In this document: piece by piece, positions 37,699-49,300 of the stretch
How the letters are laid out: every line of letters begins with the position of its first letter
Numbering within the stretch: position 1 is the first letter of the stretch
Assembly: GCA_041659765.1 (NCBI GenBank)
Contig: JBAZXR010000001.1
Coordinates: forward strand, 659,338 to 723,337
DNA: 64,000 nt
Direction of reading: 5' to 3'
DNA from: Patescibacteria group bacterium
GTDB taxonomy: Bacteria > Patescibacteriota > Patescibacteriia > UBA9934
Position numbers and translations under genes: made by a program
The notes under the pieces: model-generated
What the model saw: the letters and a program-made list of their open reading frames with translations, nothing else
What the model was told of the DNA's origin: nothing
Databases searched by the model: none

Positions 37699-38588
37699 AA
37701 AAGAGTCTGTTTAATGCCTTTCTTAAGTCCGGTCTTTGGCTTCCAAGCGAAAGTTTTCTTGAGCAAGCTATTTTTAAGTGACATACGTGCTACCGCGTCC
37801 CTAACTTCTGGTCTCCGTACAGCCTGAACATCAGACTTGGCTAAGTCCTTAACCAGATTAAACAGATCGCTCGTGGAAGTTTCTTTGCCTGTGCCCACGT
37901 TGAACACGCCGGACACGTTGCCCTCGCCGGCTTTAACTAAAGCCGAGACCACATCACCCACAAAGACATAGTCACGCGTAGTGGTACCGTCACCATTAAC
38001 AAAGGGCGCTTCATGAGCTAAAAGTTTAGCAGTGAAGATAGCTATCGCTCCAGATTCTTTGCTGCCATCTTGGCGCGGGCCGTAGACGTTAGCGAACCGC
38101 AAAGCCACCGTCACCATTTGGTGTTCAGTGGTGTATGAGTCTAAATATTTTTCGCCGGTTAATTTAGAAATACCGTATGGGGTGCGAGGCCGTGGCGTAT
38201 TTTTTTCGGTAATTGGCACCTTCTCCTGTACGCCGTAAACAGCACAGCTAGAGGCAAAAATAATCTTCTTCGCCCCGGCACGTTTGGCACTCTCAAAAAC
38301 GTTAATTGAACCTAAAACATTATGATCCGCGTTCATGACGGGATCATTCACGCTGGCTCGGTCATCAATATGCGCCGCTAAGTGAAAAACAACTTCCGGC
38401 GAAATGTTCTTCACTATGCTCTCAAGATCCTTGTCCCGAATATCCTTGAGTACATATTGTGCCCGGCTGTTCTTTCTGTCCCCCGGCTCGGCCCAATCAA
38501 TCACCGTTACCTCATGACCACCCTCAATAAGCGCATCAACGAGATGTGAACCAATAAATCCCGAGCCACCAGTTACGATTGTGCGCAT
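37659..38588 (-). CDS. NAD-dependent epimerase/dehydratase (UDP-sugar 4-epimerase-like)
   Basis: Rossmann motif TGGSGFIGSH and the catalytic YxxxK (YGISK). Confidence 0.8.
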   Translation of the reverse strand: MRTIVTGGSGFIGSHLVDALIEGGHEVTVIDWAEPGDRKNSRAQYVLKDIRDKDLESIVKNISPEVVFHLAAHIDDRASVNDPVMNADHNVLGSINVFESAKRAGAKKIIFASSCAVYGVQEKVPITEKNTPRPRTPYGISKLTGEKYLDSYTTEHQMVTVALRFANVYGPRQDGSKESGAIAIFTAKLLAHEAPFVNGDGTTTRDYVFVGDVVSALVKAGEGNVSGVFNVGTGKETSTSDLFNLVKDLAKSDVQAVRRPEVRDAVARMSLKNSLLKKTFAWKPKTGLKKGIKQTLLWYSRKNRTASIS

Positions 38589-38600
38589 ATTTATTACGTT

Positions 38601-39710
38601 CTACTTTCTACCTTCTACTGATTTTCTCAGATACGCCTCCATAAACATCTTCAGTTCGCCGTTCAAGACACTCTCAGCCTCCACCGTTTCAATATCCGTC
38701 CGATGATCCTTCACCATTTTATACGGATGCAGAACGTAGGAGCGAATCTGGTTTCCCCAGGCAGCCGTCTTGTGCTCGCCCTTCACGTCCGAGAGTTTTG
38801 TTGCTCTAGCCTCCACCATGAGCTTATACAGGCGAGACTTGAGCACTTTCATGGCTGTATCTCGGTTCTGCAGCTGTGAACGTTCGTTCTGACAGGTAAC
38901 GACGGTGTTCGTCGGAATGTGCGTGATACGCACGGCCGAGTAGGTAGTGTTCACACTCTGTCCACCCTTTCCGCCGGCCATGAACGTATCGATTCGCAAA
39001 TCCTCGGGATCAAGCTCAATAGCCTTTTCGTCGACTTCACCGAACTCGGGAAGTACTTCGACCAAAGCAAAGGTAGTATGCCTCATTTTTTCAGCATCAA
39101 AAGGAGAAATGCGCACTAAGCGGTGCACGCCATGTTCGCTGCGGAGCCAGCCGTAAGCAAATCTGCCATGAATAGCGATCGTAATGCTCTTGAATCCCGC
39201 TTCTTCACCACGTGATTCATCGAGAACCTCCACCGTCCAGCCGTGTGCCTCAGCAAACTTGGAATACATGCGCAAAAGCATGGCGACCCAATCGTTCGCA
39301 TCCGTTCCTCCTGCGCCAGCATGGAACGACAAGATGGCATTACGGGTATCGAACTCCCCCGACAGCAACATCTGAAACTCCATCTCCGAGAATTGCTTTT
39401 CAAGTTTTTCGAGTGTCTCATCCGCGGACTTCTTCATTGACTCGTCCCCTTCTGCTTCATTCAATTTCACGAGTTCGTCGAGCTCGGTCAAGTCTTTCTT
39501 AAAACCGTCCCACAGTTCCAGCTCCTTCTTCAGTTCGCTCCCCTCCTGCGAAATAGTGCGAGCCTGTTTCTGGTCATTCCAAAAACTCGCCTCGCCCATA
39601 ATTCCCTCAATCTCTGCCGACCGCGCTCTCGTTTCTTCGAGTCGCAAAGCATCCCAGGCCTGTTGCAGCCGTTCTTCGAGCGCAGAAATGCGGTTATCCA
39701 AGTGGGACAT
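38601..39710 (-). CDS. prfB: peptide chain release factor 2
   Basis: SPF tripeptide (RISPFD) and GGQ (GGKGGQSVN). Continuous ORF with no programmed +1 frameshift site. Confidence 0.9.
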   Translation of the reverse strand: MSHLDNRISALEERLQQAWDALRLEETRARSAEIEGIMGEASFWNDQKQARTISQEGSELKKELELWDGFKKDLTELDELVKLNEAEGDESMKKSADETLEKLEKQFSEMEFQMLLSGEFDTRNAILSFHAGAGGTDANDWVAMLLRMYSKFAEAHGWTVEVLDESRGEEAGFKSITIAIHGRFAYGWLRSEHGVHRLVRISPFDAEKMRHTTFALVEVLPEFGEVDEKAIELDPEDLRIDTFMAGGKGGQSVNTTYSAVRITHIPTNTVVTCQNERSQLQNRDTAMKVLKSRLYKLMVEARATKLSDVKGEHKTAAWGNQIRSYVLHPYKMVKDHRTDIETVEAESVLNGELKMFMEAYLRKSVEGRK

Positions 39711-39720
39711 GCCCCACAGC

Positions 39721-40128
39721 TTAAGCTAGCGCGGTCTTTTGTTCAAGCTTAACAATGCGTGTTTCGTGTTCTTCTATTTGAGGAATAATTCCGATATCTA
39801 CGAGATTAGAGACATTCTCGATTATTCGCTTCTCCATCGCTTCCGCTTTCGCGTCCTGTCTGTTTTCTGAAGCGTGAATCTCGGATCGCATTTGATCTAC
39901 GATAAGCTTCCCCTCCTCATGAACAGCCTCAACAATCAACTCCTTAAAATCATGTTTTAGTTCACTTTTAATTTCCTCTTTGTTCTGCTTAAATCGAGCG
40001 TCAAGGATTTCAATAGTCTCCTCTTTGTTCTGTTTGAACCGAGCATCCAAAAGTTCAACGGTTTCTTCCTTGCTCTGTTTGAACCGCGCGTCGAGGATTT
40101 CAATGAATTCCTGTTTGGAGAGTTCCAT
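39721..40128 (-). CDS. coiled-coil protein with three tandem 14-15-aa repeats (ILDARFKQNKEET)
   Basis: Three tandem ~45-bp DNA repeats at about 39977..40112 that encode the peptide repeat. Confidence 0.5.
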   Translation of the reverse strand: MELSKQEFIEILDARFKQSKEETVELLDARFKQNKEETIEILDARFKQNKEEIKSELKHDFKELIVEAVHEEGKLIVDQMRSEIHASENRQDAKAEAMEKRIIENVSNLVDIGIIPQIEEHETRIVKLEQKTALA

Positions 40129-40573
40129 ATATTCTTATTACACCATACTTTTTTCCAAAAATAAACGCCCTCAACGCCTGGTGGCTATGAAGGCGAAACG
40201 AGTGAAAAGTCGTCACGTGAACCAGTTGGATGCTCGCGCTACCTCGTCCCTTTTAACCTTAAGCAGGATCTGCCGATACCGCTCCTCACCCCAACGCTGC
40301 AGCCGCCGATCGATTTCGTCTTCGTCTGAGGATCCACCCTGAGCCTCGCGCTCAGTCATCGGGCCAAGCTGTAGGATTAGAATCTCCTCTTCAGTGAGTC
40401 CGGTGTCAGTCATGAAATCCCAAATCGCCCCAAGAAATGCAGACAACAAAAGCACCTCCCGATCAGGAGAGTGCGTTAGGGATAGACTTTTGTCAACGAA
40501 AAAGACGAGGCCTGCGCCCCGTCCATTTCTGAATCCAATAGCTCTACCTCTACACCCTTCCTAGCGTCAGGGT

Positions 40574-42271
<1,698 letters not shown>

Positions 42272-42279
42272 TTTTACTC

Positions 42280-42582
42280 TTATTCGATCACCGCAATCAA
42301 ATCATCAGCAGATACAACGAGCAGCTTCTTCTTCATCCCGTTCTCTTCAATTTCTACTTCTTCCTTTCCCCACTTCTTAAAAAGCACCTGGGCACCGACG
42401 ACGAGGTCGATTGCTTGGCGAGCACCGTGATCTGTCAGCTTGCCGGGACCAATAGCGATCACCGTGCCGCGATCGGACTGCTCCTTCTCAGCCGTGTCCG
42501 GAATGATGATGCCGGAAGCGGTCTTAGTTTCCTTAAGAGCTGGCTCAACAATCACGTGATTCCCGAGAGGTCGCAATTTCAT
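42280..42582 (-). CDS. groS: co-chaperonin GroES (Cpn10)
   Basis: Start at MKLRPLGNHVIV. The tracked upstream extension is rejected. Confidence 0.9.
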   Translation of the reverse strand: MKLRPLGNHVIVEPALKETKTASGIIIPDTAEKEQSDRGTVIAIGPGKLTDHGARQAIDLVVGAQVLFKKWGKEEVEIEENGMKKKLLVVSADDLIAVIE

Positions 42583-42617
42583 AGTTTGGTAAATAAATAC
42601 GAAGCGATTTTGCTCTG

Positions 42618-42644
42618 TTAGCAGTCCAATGTCAAGTCTGCCAA
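42618..42644 (-). promoter_or_regulatory. CIRCE-like inverted repeat TTAGCAGTC-N9-GTCTGCCAA upstream of groES
   Basis: Matches the CIRCE consensus TTAGCACTC-N9-GAGTGCTAA at about 7/9 positions per arm with correct spacing, about 35 nt upstream of the groES start. Confidence 0.4.
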
Positions 42645-42684
42645 ATTGAAAAAGAAAAACCCTCTGAGCTCGGCGCAAAGAGGG

Positions 42685-43089
42685 TCACGGAGTCACGCGA
42701 GTGAAGGCACAGAACGATCTCTGTTTGAGCACCTTTCGGCCAATGTCTGAGTCTTCCTCCCAACGGAGATCGCCCTCACCCAGCACTACCTGGCCCAACT
42801 CTTTGACCAGAAAGGCTAACGGGTCAGCTCCGTCAAACACGCTCTCCACTGAAGCCGGCAACTTCAGAGGATATCTATACTCACCCTCGGCCGTACTCAT
42901 CCACAGTCGCTTCCAGTTCGGCTGAAGCAGTCCCATGGCTACGTCACGAAATGAATCGGTGCGAATCCTTTTTGGACCCGGCAATCGCTTCACTCCCCAA
43001 AAAAGATGGTTCCGACCATCAATCACTAACCTATCCCCAGGCCCGAGCGGCACCGGCAACCACATGCCATCCTTATGTAAAAAATACAT
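42685..43089 (-). CDS. hypothetical protein
   Basis: 134-aa ORF with no recognisable motifs. Confidence 0.35.
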   Translation of the reverse strand: MYFLHKDGMWLPVPLGPGDRLVIDGRNHLFWGVKRLPGPKRIRTDSFRDVAMGLLQPNWKRLWMSTAEGEYRYPLKLPASVESVFDGADPLAFLVKELGQVVLGEGDLRWEEDSDIGRKVLKQRSFCAFTRVTP

Positions 43090-43146
43090 AGCTCCCCCAA
43101 ACGGAGCTTAACGGAAACGTGCTTTTTCGGCAAAGACTAAAGCACT

Positions 43147-44466
43147 TTAACTAACGTCCGTATGCTCTGGCTCGCCCATTCTGACTGTTAAGGCCATGAC
43201 AAACGCAATGAGCGCGAGGCCGGACCAGGAGGACCAGATGTAGTGATCGAAGAAGAGAATGACGAGGACCACGTTGCCCATGGCAAAAGCGGAGACGGCG
43301 TCACGCTTTGGGAAGCGAGCGAAGTTCATTTTATCGATAGTCGTCTGCCAAACGATGATCAAGATACAGCCGATTATGCCGACGTCGAAGAATACGAGGA
43401 GAGGCATGGAGTGAACGGGCTGGTAAGCAAAGACGTCACGGCCAGGGAAGATTTTGGCCACTTCAAATGTGTAGGTTCCAACCCCGTGACCAACGAGCAC
43501 CTGAAGTGGTGAAGATTTCTTTTCGACGTTGCCGAACTCAACATACTGTGCCGCGCGTTCCTCGATCGATCTCGTCTCATTTACTCCCCCGCCACGCGTA
43601 TCAGCGGCAACCCCTGGAGCAAAGATCGTTAACCCGAGTGCTCCGCCGATAACGAACACGGCGATAGGGATGACGGCGATTCTGGCAGCCGCGACACTCT
43701 TCATCCGCACGACGAGGAGCGACAAGCCCGTCCCGAGAGCGAGGCCAAGCGCTGCGGAGCGCGACGCTGTCAGAAAAAGACCGAGAAGCAGGATGATGGC
43801 CAGAGCCGCGTAAGCGTACCGATAACGGAGCGATCGGGCATGATACCAAAGTGTCCCCGCGGCCACAGTCCCAACCGCCAGGTATCCGCCAAAGACGTTG
43901 GGGTGGGAAAAACTGCCGTATGCCCGGAGCATTCTCGACCCGTCCGCGAGAGATATAACCGAGTCGCCCAGGTGGTCAGCGTTACGGGTAGCAAGTCCAA
44001 AAATAGAACTTGAGGCCGAGTAGCCCGTAAGAACCTGGATAGCCCCAAGGATTAGTGGCAGGACCAGGCCAGAAGCTAAACCGAGAAGTACTTTCTTAAG
44101 CTCGACCCTAGGATCAAGCAGCGCTAAGAAGAACACCAACGCACCGCCAACATGAATAAACTGCGCGAGCGACAAAGACAAACGCGTCGAAAATAATACG
44201 CTCACAAGTGCAGCCCCGATCAAAATGAGGGCCCGGATAGCCGGCGGACGATTTTCTTGGCGTAATTTTGGAAAACCGAGCCAGGTGTAACCAACCGCAA
44301 GGCCAACGACGAGCAAGAGCTCGGTGGCGTACACGCTCATGATGCCGTACTCGCCTACCAGGTTGCCGATCGGTGCGGCACCAAAGATATAACGCGTTTG
44401 CCAGGGCAAAAGGAAAGCAAAAACCGTTATCAGGAGAGTGAAGTAGTGGGCTTTGGTTATTTTCAT
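43147..44466 (-). CDS. O-antigen ligase (Wzy_C) family polytopic membrane protein
   Basis: About 10 TM helices with a central periplasmic loop, typical of WaaL/O-antigen-ligase-like proteins. Confidence 0.55.
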   Translation of the reverse strand: MKITKAHYFTLLITVFAFLLPWQTRYIFGAAPIGNLVGEYGIMSVYATELLLVVGLAVGYTWLGFPKLRQENRPPAIRALILIGAALVSVLFSTRLSLSLAQFIHVGGALVFFLALLDPRVELKKVLLGLASGLVLPLILGAIQVLTGYSASSSIFGLATRNADHLGDSVISLADGSRMLRAYGSFSHPNVFGGYLAVGTVAAGTLWYHARSLRYRYAYAALAIILLLGLFLTASRSAALGLALGTGLSLLVVRMKSVAAARIAVIPIAVFVIGGALGLTIFAPGVAADTRGGGVNETRSIEERAAQYVEFGNVEKKSSPLQVLVGHGVGTYTFEVAKIFPGRDVFAYQPVHSMPLLVFFDVGIIGCILIIVWQTTIDKMNFARFPKRDAVSAFAMGNVVLVILFFDHYIWSSWSGLALIAFVMALTVRMGEPEHTDVS

Positions 44467-45362
44467 ATGAGGGCATTCATTCGCTCGTCAAGGGCGAGTT
44501 TAATTTCTTCGCGGCTATCTCTATCATGAAACTTGAGCATGTCATCCGTAACAATGACTCGAGTATCTATGTTCATCATAGCCCTCATGTGTCTTGGCAA
44601 ACGGTCTTCCTGTACTTTTTTCAACAGTTTTTCCGACAAAACACTAGGCAGAGATAGTCTACGTTCATTAACCCGGAAAGCGCGAGCCCGCTTCACTCCA
44701 TGCGCGTTTGGCAAGTACTCGCCAACCCAGCGGTTGTCCTCATGGAATTGCCTCTGCCAGAGAGATCGATCAAAAAGCGGCATGAGGGTCATAGACCAGA
44801 AGGCTAAATACGGATCCTGCTCGCCAATGCGTACGTCAGCTAGCTTAAGAGCTGATTGTGAGGCAAAAAAACTCAAACAAATTGGATCCGTCTTAGCTTC
44901 GCCAGGACGCCGTCGAAATAAAATCAATGGTACGGCTGCTAAAAATCTAGCTGTCCAAGTCTGGCCGGGCTTAGTAATAATAAATAAATCAATGTCACTC
45001 TCATTCGTGGTGTGGTGAAAAGCGAGCGAGTTACAGACGGCTACCCCCTGGATCGCCGGCAGACGAGAAAGGTACGCCAGATACTTAGATACTGTAGCGT
45101 ACTTCTGCAAAGCATTCACCAGCCGGCGGGAGCGATCATTGATCTGTGAGGTAACATCTCCGAAGCCTAAAAAACCGGAAGCTCGAGATAGTTTTTTCTC
45201 AAGAAACTCAGAAGTTTGGAGTGCCTCAAGCACTTCGCGGTATGAATACGGCAAGGTTGGATTAAGCAGCCACTTCCAAAGTTCAAAAGCAGTCAACGGA
45301 TACGAAAAGTAGGAAAAATAAGCGGTTGTCCGCAGGATAGACGTTTCAAGGTCACTTCCCAT
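44463..45362 (-). CDS. hypothetical protein (possible nucleotidyltransferase-fold, DIDLFIITK)
   Basis: 299-aa ORF overlapping its neighbours by 4 and 11 nt, indicating an operon. Confidence 0.4.
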   Translation of the reverse strand: MGSDLETSILRTTAYFSYFSYPLTAFELWKWLLNPTLPYSYREVLEALQTSEFLEKKLSRASGFLGFGDVTSQINDRSRRLVNALQKYATVSKYLAYLSRLPAIQGVAVCNSLAFHHTTNESDIDLFIITKPGQTWTARFLAAVPLILFRRRPGEAKTDPICLSFFASQSALKLADVRIGEQDPYLAFWSMTLMPLFDRSLWQRQFHEDNRWVGEYLPNAHGVKRARAFRVNERRLSLPSVLSEKLLKKVQEDRLPRHMRAMMNIDTRVIVTDDMLKFHDRDSREEIKLALDERMNALI

Positions 45363-46380
45363 AACGTCTCGTCACCAGCCTCTCACTATGAATGATGGCG
45401 TAGGTCACACCTATACCAATGAACACAAAATCTCGCATGCGGATTATAACCGTATAGGCGACAGCGTTTATAGGCAAACCAAGGACCGAGAACATCGCCT
45501 CATTACTTCCTTCATAAACACCGAGTCCAGCGGGAACTGGCAGGAGGAGCGAAACACCAGGCAGGGTACTCATCAGGAACGCATCGGACAACTTAACGTT
45601 TACGCCCAAGAAATGAGCAATGTAAATCGCTTCAACCGCCTTAAACATGGCCATGATGAAAGAAAGACCCACGACTGTAGCTACAACTTTTAATCGCCCA
45701 ACGAAAAATTCGCTCATCAGCGCTTCCGTCTCAATCAACCAATGCTCTAGATTGTTAATGGTCTTAATACGGCTAAGTTGCGAGACCCTCATGAGCTTGT
45801 GAAAAAAACCGCCGCCCCGAATAGTCATTACAAAAAAACCAATTAAGATAATCAACAGGGCAGAAATAAAAATAATCGAACCAGTCACGCCGCTGCTATT
45901 CGCCAAGCCATGAGTCAGCGCAAAACCTAGACCGAGGGCCACGTAAATCACGAATGTTGTCACTTCAAAAGCAAGATCGAGCACAACCGAACCAGTTGCC
46001 ACTTTTCCTGACACGCCGTCGGCCAACAGCATAGCTACACGGATAGGTTCGCCAGCCACCTGAGCGCCAGGCGTCAGATAACCAGCCGCAAAACCGCTCA
46101 TACGATTCATAAACATCTTGCCATAGGAAACCCGCTCCCCTTTTGGCAACATCGCGTCTAAAATAATCTTCCAACGCAATGAATAAAGACTAAAATTCAA
46201 AATAGAAATACCGAAATAAAGCAGGAGAGGCAGGATACCGAAGGCCAGCAAGCTATCTATCACGTTAGAGATTCCAGTGCGCCACAAAAGAAAAAAGAAA
46301 AGCCCGCCACCGGCCAAAAGCCCAAGGATGAAGAGTACTGTTTTGAAGATTTTTCGTTTAACCGCCATAGACAGAGGCAT
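45352..46380 (-). CDS. lysylphosphatidylglycerol-synthase-TM-region-like (flippase-like, UPF0104) membrane protein
   Basis: 8 TM helices with the characteristic conserved GEP(I/V)R-type segment (VAGEPIRVAML). Confidence 0.55.
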   Translation of the reverse strand: MPLSMAVKRKIFKTVLFILGLLAGGGLFFFLLWRTGISNVIDSLLAFGILPLLLYFGISILNFSLYSLRWKIILDAMLPKGERVSYGKMFMNRMSGFAAGYLTPGAQVAGEPIRVAMLLADGVSGKVATGSVVLDLAFEVTTFVIYVALGLGFALTHGLANSSGVTGSIIFISALLIILIGFFVMTIRGGGFFHKLMRVSQLSRIKTINNLEHWLIETEALMSEFFVGRLKVVATVVGLSFIMAMFKAVEAIYIAHFLGVNVKLSDAFLMSTLPGVSLLLPVPAGLGVYEGSNEAMFSVLGLPINAVAYTVIIRMRDFVFIGIGVTYAIIHSERLVTRRYGK

Positions 46381-46428
46381 TCTAACACAAATCCCCCGAA
46401 GCAGATGAGCCTCGGGGGATGTCTGTGA

Positions 46429-47211
46429 TTAGGTTTTGGGCGGAGCCGGCAGGACCTCCACCACCGGACCGCTCGGAGCGGGCGGTTTCAGGAAAAACTC
46501 GTAGATTCCGTAGGTAATGAGGGCGCTCACAAAGATATAGAGCGTCGTGCCGCCTGGAAGCGTGGTCACGCCCATGATCAACATCATAATAGGGAGCATG
46601 ATCAGAGTCATTCGGTTCATCGTGGCCGTCATGTCCTCGTCCATGGCCTGCGAACCTTCTGGGCCCTGAAGCACGGCCTTGGGCGGTCGCTTGCCTACCA
46701 TCTGCCTGGCCTGCAGGTACTGCATGGCGGCGGACAAGATACCAAGCGGAATAGAAACCACACTCAGGTTCATGCCAAGGAACATGTGGCTGATCACACC
46801 CGGATCACGGACGAATGGGTAGAGTATGCCTACATCGACCGTCTTCATGCCTGCGGAAAGCACATGAAAGAGTGAAATAAAAACCACAAGCTGAATTATG
46901 GTCGGCAAGCATGACGCAAACGGATTCACGTTATGCAGCTTATAGACACCCATGAGCTCCTTGGCCATGTCTTCCTGGTTCGGCTTGCCCTTGTATTTAG
47001 CTTTGATAGCTTCAATCTTCGGCTGAATCTCCTGCAGCTCCTTTTGGGCACGCATCGACTTATACGTGAGCGGCATGGTCGCCAGGCGCACAACAATCGT
47101 CATGATAATGATACCGAGTCCAAGCCCGCCCCACGGCGCAACGCCGTAGATAAAGATGAGCAGGTTATAGAGCGGCTGGTAAAGAACTGCCGTGAAGATT
47201 TCGCCGATCAT
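46429..47211 (-). CDS. yidC: membrane protein insertase YidC/Oxa1 family
   Basis: Short-form YidC with conserved TM layout and the MRAQKELQEIQPKI amphipathic region. Confidence 0.85.
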   Translation of the reverse strand: MIGEIFTAVLYQPLYNLLIFIYGVAPWGGLGLGIIIMTIVVRLATMPLTYKSMRAQKELQEIQPKIEAIKAKYKGKPNQEDMAKELMGVYKLHNVNPFASCLPTIIQLVVFISLFHVLSAGMKTVDVGILYPFVRDPGVISHMFLGMNLSVVSIPLGILSAAMQYLQARQMVGKRPPKAVLQGPEGSQAMDEDMTATMNRMTLIMLPIMMLIMGVTTLPGGTTLYIFVSALITYGIYEFFLKPPAPSGPVVEVLPAPPKT

Positions 47212-47213
47212 AG

Positions 47214-48461
47214 TTATTCAACGTTGGGGGTCTCTACTCCTTCCGGGGCTCCCTCAACTGGCACCTCGCCCTCGGGGATGACGGGTGCAACGGGTGCGCC
47301 TTCTGGCGTGACTTCCTGGATGTTCACTTTCCAGCCGGTCAAACGGGCTGCAAGGCGAACGTTCTGTCCACCGCGGCCAATAGCGAGCGAGAGCTGTTCA
47401 GGAACCACCATAACGGTAGCGAGCTTCTCGTCATCATTCACCTGGACGCCCTGAATCTTGGCCGGGGCGAGTGACTGCTCAATGAACTTAGCAATATTCT
47501 CGCTCCACTCAATGATGTCAATCTTCTCTCCGGCGAGTTCCGCAATAATCGTCTGAATGCGGGTTCCGCGCTGACCAATACACGCGCCAATCGGATCAAT
47601 CTGCGCATCGCTAGAAGTCACCGCAATCTTGGTGCGAGCGCCAGCCTCACGAGCAATGGCCTTAATGATGACCGAACCTTCGGCGATTTCTGGGATTTCA
47701 ACCTCGAACAAGTATTTTACGAGAGCCTCGTGCGTACGGGAAAGGAGAATTTGTGGGCCACGGGGTCCAAGGGAGACTTCGCGAACGTAGACCTTCACGC
47801 GGTCGCCGGTGCGATAGCGATCCGTCATCATCTGGTCTTCTGGCTTCAAGATGCCCGCGGTGCGGCCAATGTCGACCAGGATAATGCGGCCCTCGCGACG
47901 CTGCACAGTGCCAACGATAACGGTCCCCTCAACACCCTTAAACTCGTTGAAAATAATTTCGCGTTCTGCCTCGCGCAACTTCTGCGTGATGACCTGTTTG
48001 GCAGTCATGGCAGCCATACGGCCGAATTCGCCAGGAATTGGCAGCTCGGTTCGCAATATGTCCCCTACTTTAGAACCGCTCTTCAAAATCTTGGACTCAG
48101 AAAGCATGACGTCCGTCTTCGGGTTGTACTTTGGTTTCTCTTCGGTCGAGACCTCTTCGATCGCTGGGGTATATTCGCCCAAAGCGCGGCGAGCTTCACG
48201 GGCAGCCGACTCCTCAGCTTCTTTCTTGCGAACCTCCTCAAGTTCTTCTTCCGAAATATCCTCAACCACCGTCTTCACGTCAAAAACACGAACTCCGCCC
48301 GTCTCCGGGTCAAACTCCGCTTCCAGGTTGTGATACTTATCGCCGAAATCCTTGCGGTACGCCGCGGCGAGTGCAGACTCGATCGTTTCAATAACCGATT
48401 CATAAGAAAGTCCTTTCTCCTCACAAATCTGTCTAATGGCTTGTTCTATTGGGCTGGACAT
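47214..48461 (-). CDS. nusA: transcription termination/antitermination protein NusA
   Basis: S1 and tandem KH domains (IGACIGQRGTRIQ; AIGRGGQNVRLA). Confidence 0.9.
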   Translation of the reverse strand: MSSPIEQAIRQICEEKGLSYESVIETIESALAAAYRKDFGDKYHNLEAEFDPETGGVRVFDVKTVVEDISEEELEEVRKKEAEESAAREARRALGEYTPAIEEVSTEEKPKYNPKTDVMLSESKILKSGSKVGDILRTELPIPGEFGRMAAMTAKQVITQKLREAEREIIFNEFKGVEGTVIVGTVQRREGRIILVDIGRTAGILKPEDQMMTDRYRTGDRVKVYVREVSLGPRGPQILLSRTHEALVKYLFEVEIPEIAEGSVIIKAIAREAGARTKIAVTSSDAQIDPIGACIGQRGTRIQTIIAELAGEKIDIIEWSENIAKFIEQSLAPAKIQGVQVNDDEKLATVMVVPEQLSLAIGRGGQNVRLAARLTGWKVNIQEVTPEGAPVAPVIPEGEVPVEGAPEGVETPNVE

Positions 48462-48526
48462 AGTCTATTTAAGCAACGAACCCGGCAATCAGCCGAGTTC
48501 TATGCAGAGATAATAGCATGAGTTTT

Positions 48527-48961
48527 CTAGGAGGGCAAATCGCTAGTGAAGTGCGACCGGAGTTGATCGGATTTTTGTTTCAACACCTCACGATCAAGTC
48601 TGGTACGAAGCGGGGTGCCTTCGGCGGCCACGTACAAATCTCGCAAGCTGTTTTTGCTCGGCAGGACGTGCGCGTGAAAATGTTCCTGACTCCGGTACTT
48701 CCAGCCGTTGATCATGCACATTGGCCCCTCGTCGCCATATAACTTCTCGACGATCGTCATGGCTTTGTCGCATGCAGAAAGAAACGCAGCTGCCTCGACC
48801 TGATTCAGGTCCGACATAGTTCTTGCGTGGCGCACCGGTAAAATCATAATATGGCCGTCTTTCACCGGCTCAATGTTCATCGCAATAAAAACATGTTCAT
48901 CCTCATAAAGGACTTGGGAATCCTTATGTGAATGCAAGACATCGCAGAGTACGCAGTCCAT
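48527..48961 (-). CDS. HIT family hydrolase
   Basis: Canonical histidine triad HFHAHVLP. Start at MDCVLCDV. Confidence 0.7.
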   Translation of the reverse strand: MDCVLCDVLHSHKDSQVLYEDEHVFIAMNIEPVKDGHIMILPVRHARTMSDLNQVEAAAFLSACDKAMTIVEKLYGDEGPMCMINGWKYRSQEHFHAHVLPSKNSLRDLYVAAEGTPLRTRLDREVLKQKSDQLRSHFTSDLPS

Positions 48962-48965
48962 AAAG

Positions 48966-49298
48966 TTAGGAAACTTTCTGAAACACCCCCACAATGTGGG
49001 GCTTGCTGAGAGACCAGGGGATCTTTGAAAAGAGTGATGTGTTCGTTGGGTCATCTTTCAAACGGAGGACGACGGGGATGAGGCCGTATTTTTGGGCGAG
49101 CTTGCGAAGGGTTTTGAGGTCATTCGCCTTACACGGCAGAGGTGTTTTATATCGCTGCAAAAAGACTTGAACACTATTTTTATTCAACGTGATAAACGAA
49201 AACTTTCCGCCAGGCGGTAGCTCCCGAGCAATCTCGGCGAACCGCGCGTCGGGGTTCTCAAGGAGTTCAAGCTCCCAAGAAGAGGAAAAGTCATTCAT
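48966..49298 (-). CDS. hypothetical protein
   Basis: 110-aa ORF sitting tightly between the HIT and yraN genes. Confidence 0.4.
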   Translation of the reverse strand: MNDFSSSWELELLENPDARFAEIARELPPGGKFSFITLNKNSVQVFLQRYKTPLPCKANDLKTLRKLAQKYGLIPVVLRLKDDPTNTSLFSKIPWSLSKPHIVGVFQKVS

Positions 49299-49300
49299 AG

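Noticed and set aside
39977-40112. Possible CRISPR-like repeat array
   Set aside because: The repeats are contiguous with no spacers, sit in-frame inside a CDS, and encode a peptide repeat. No CRISPR array is evident anywhere in the window.
42583-42678. Upstream extension of the GroES ORF (MRRAQRV...)
   Set aside because: Canonical GroES starts at MKLRPLG (42582). The extension covers the CIRCE-like site.
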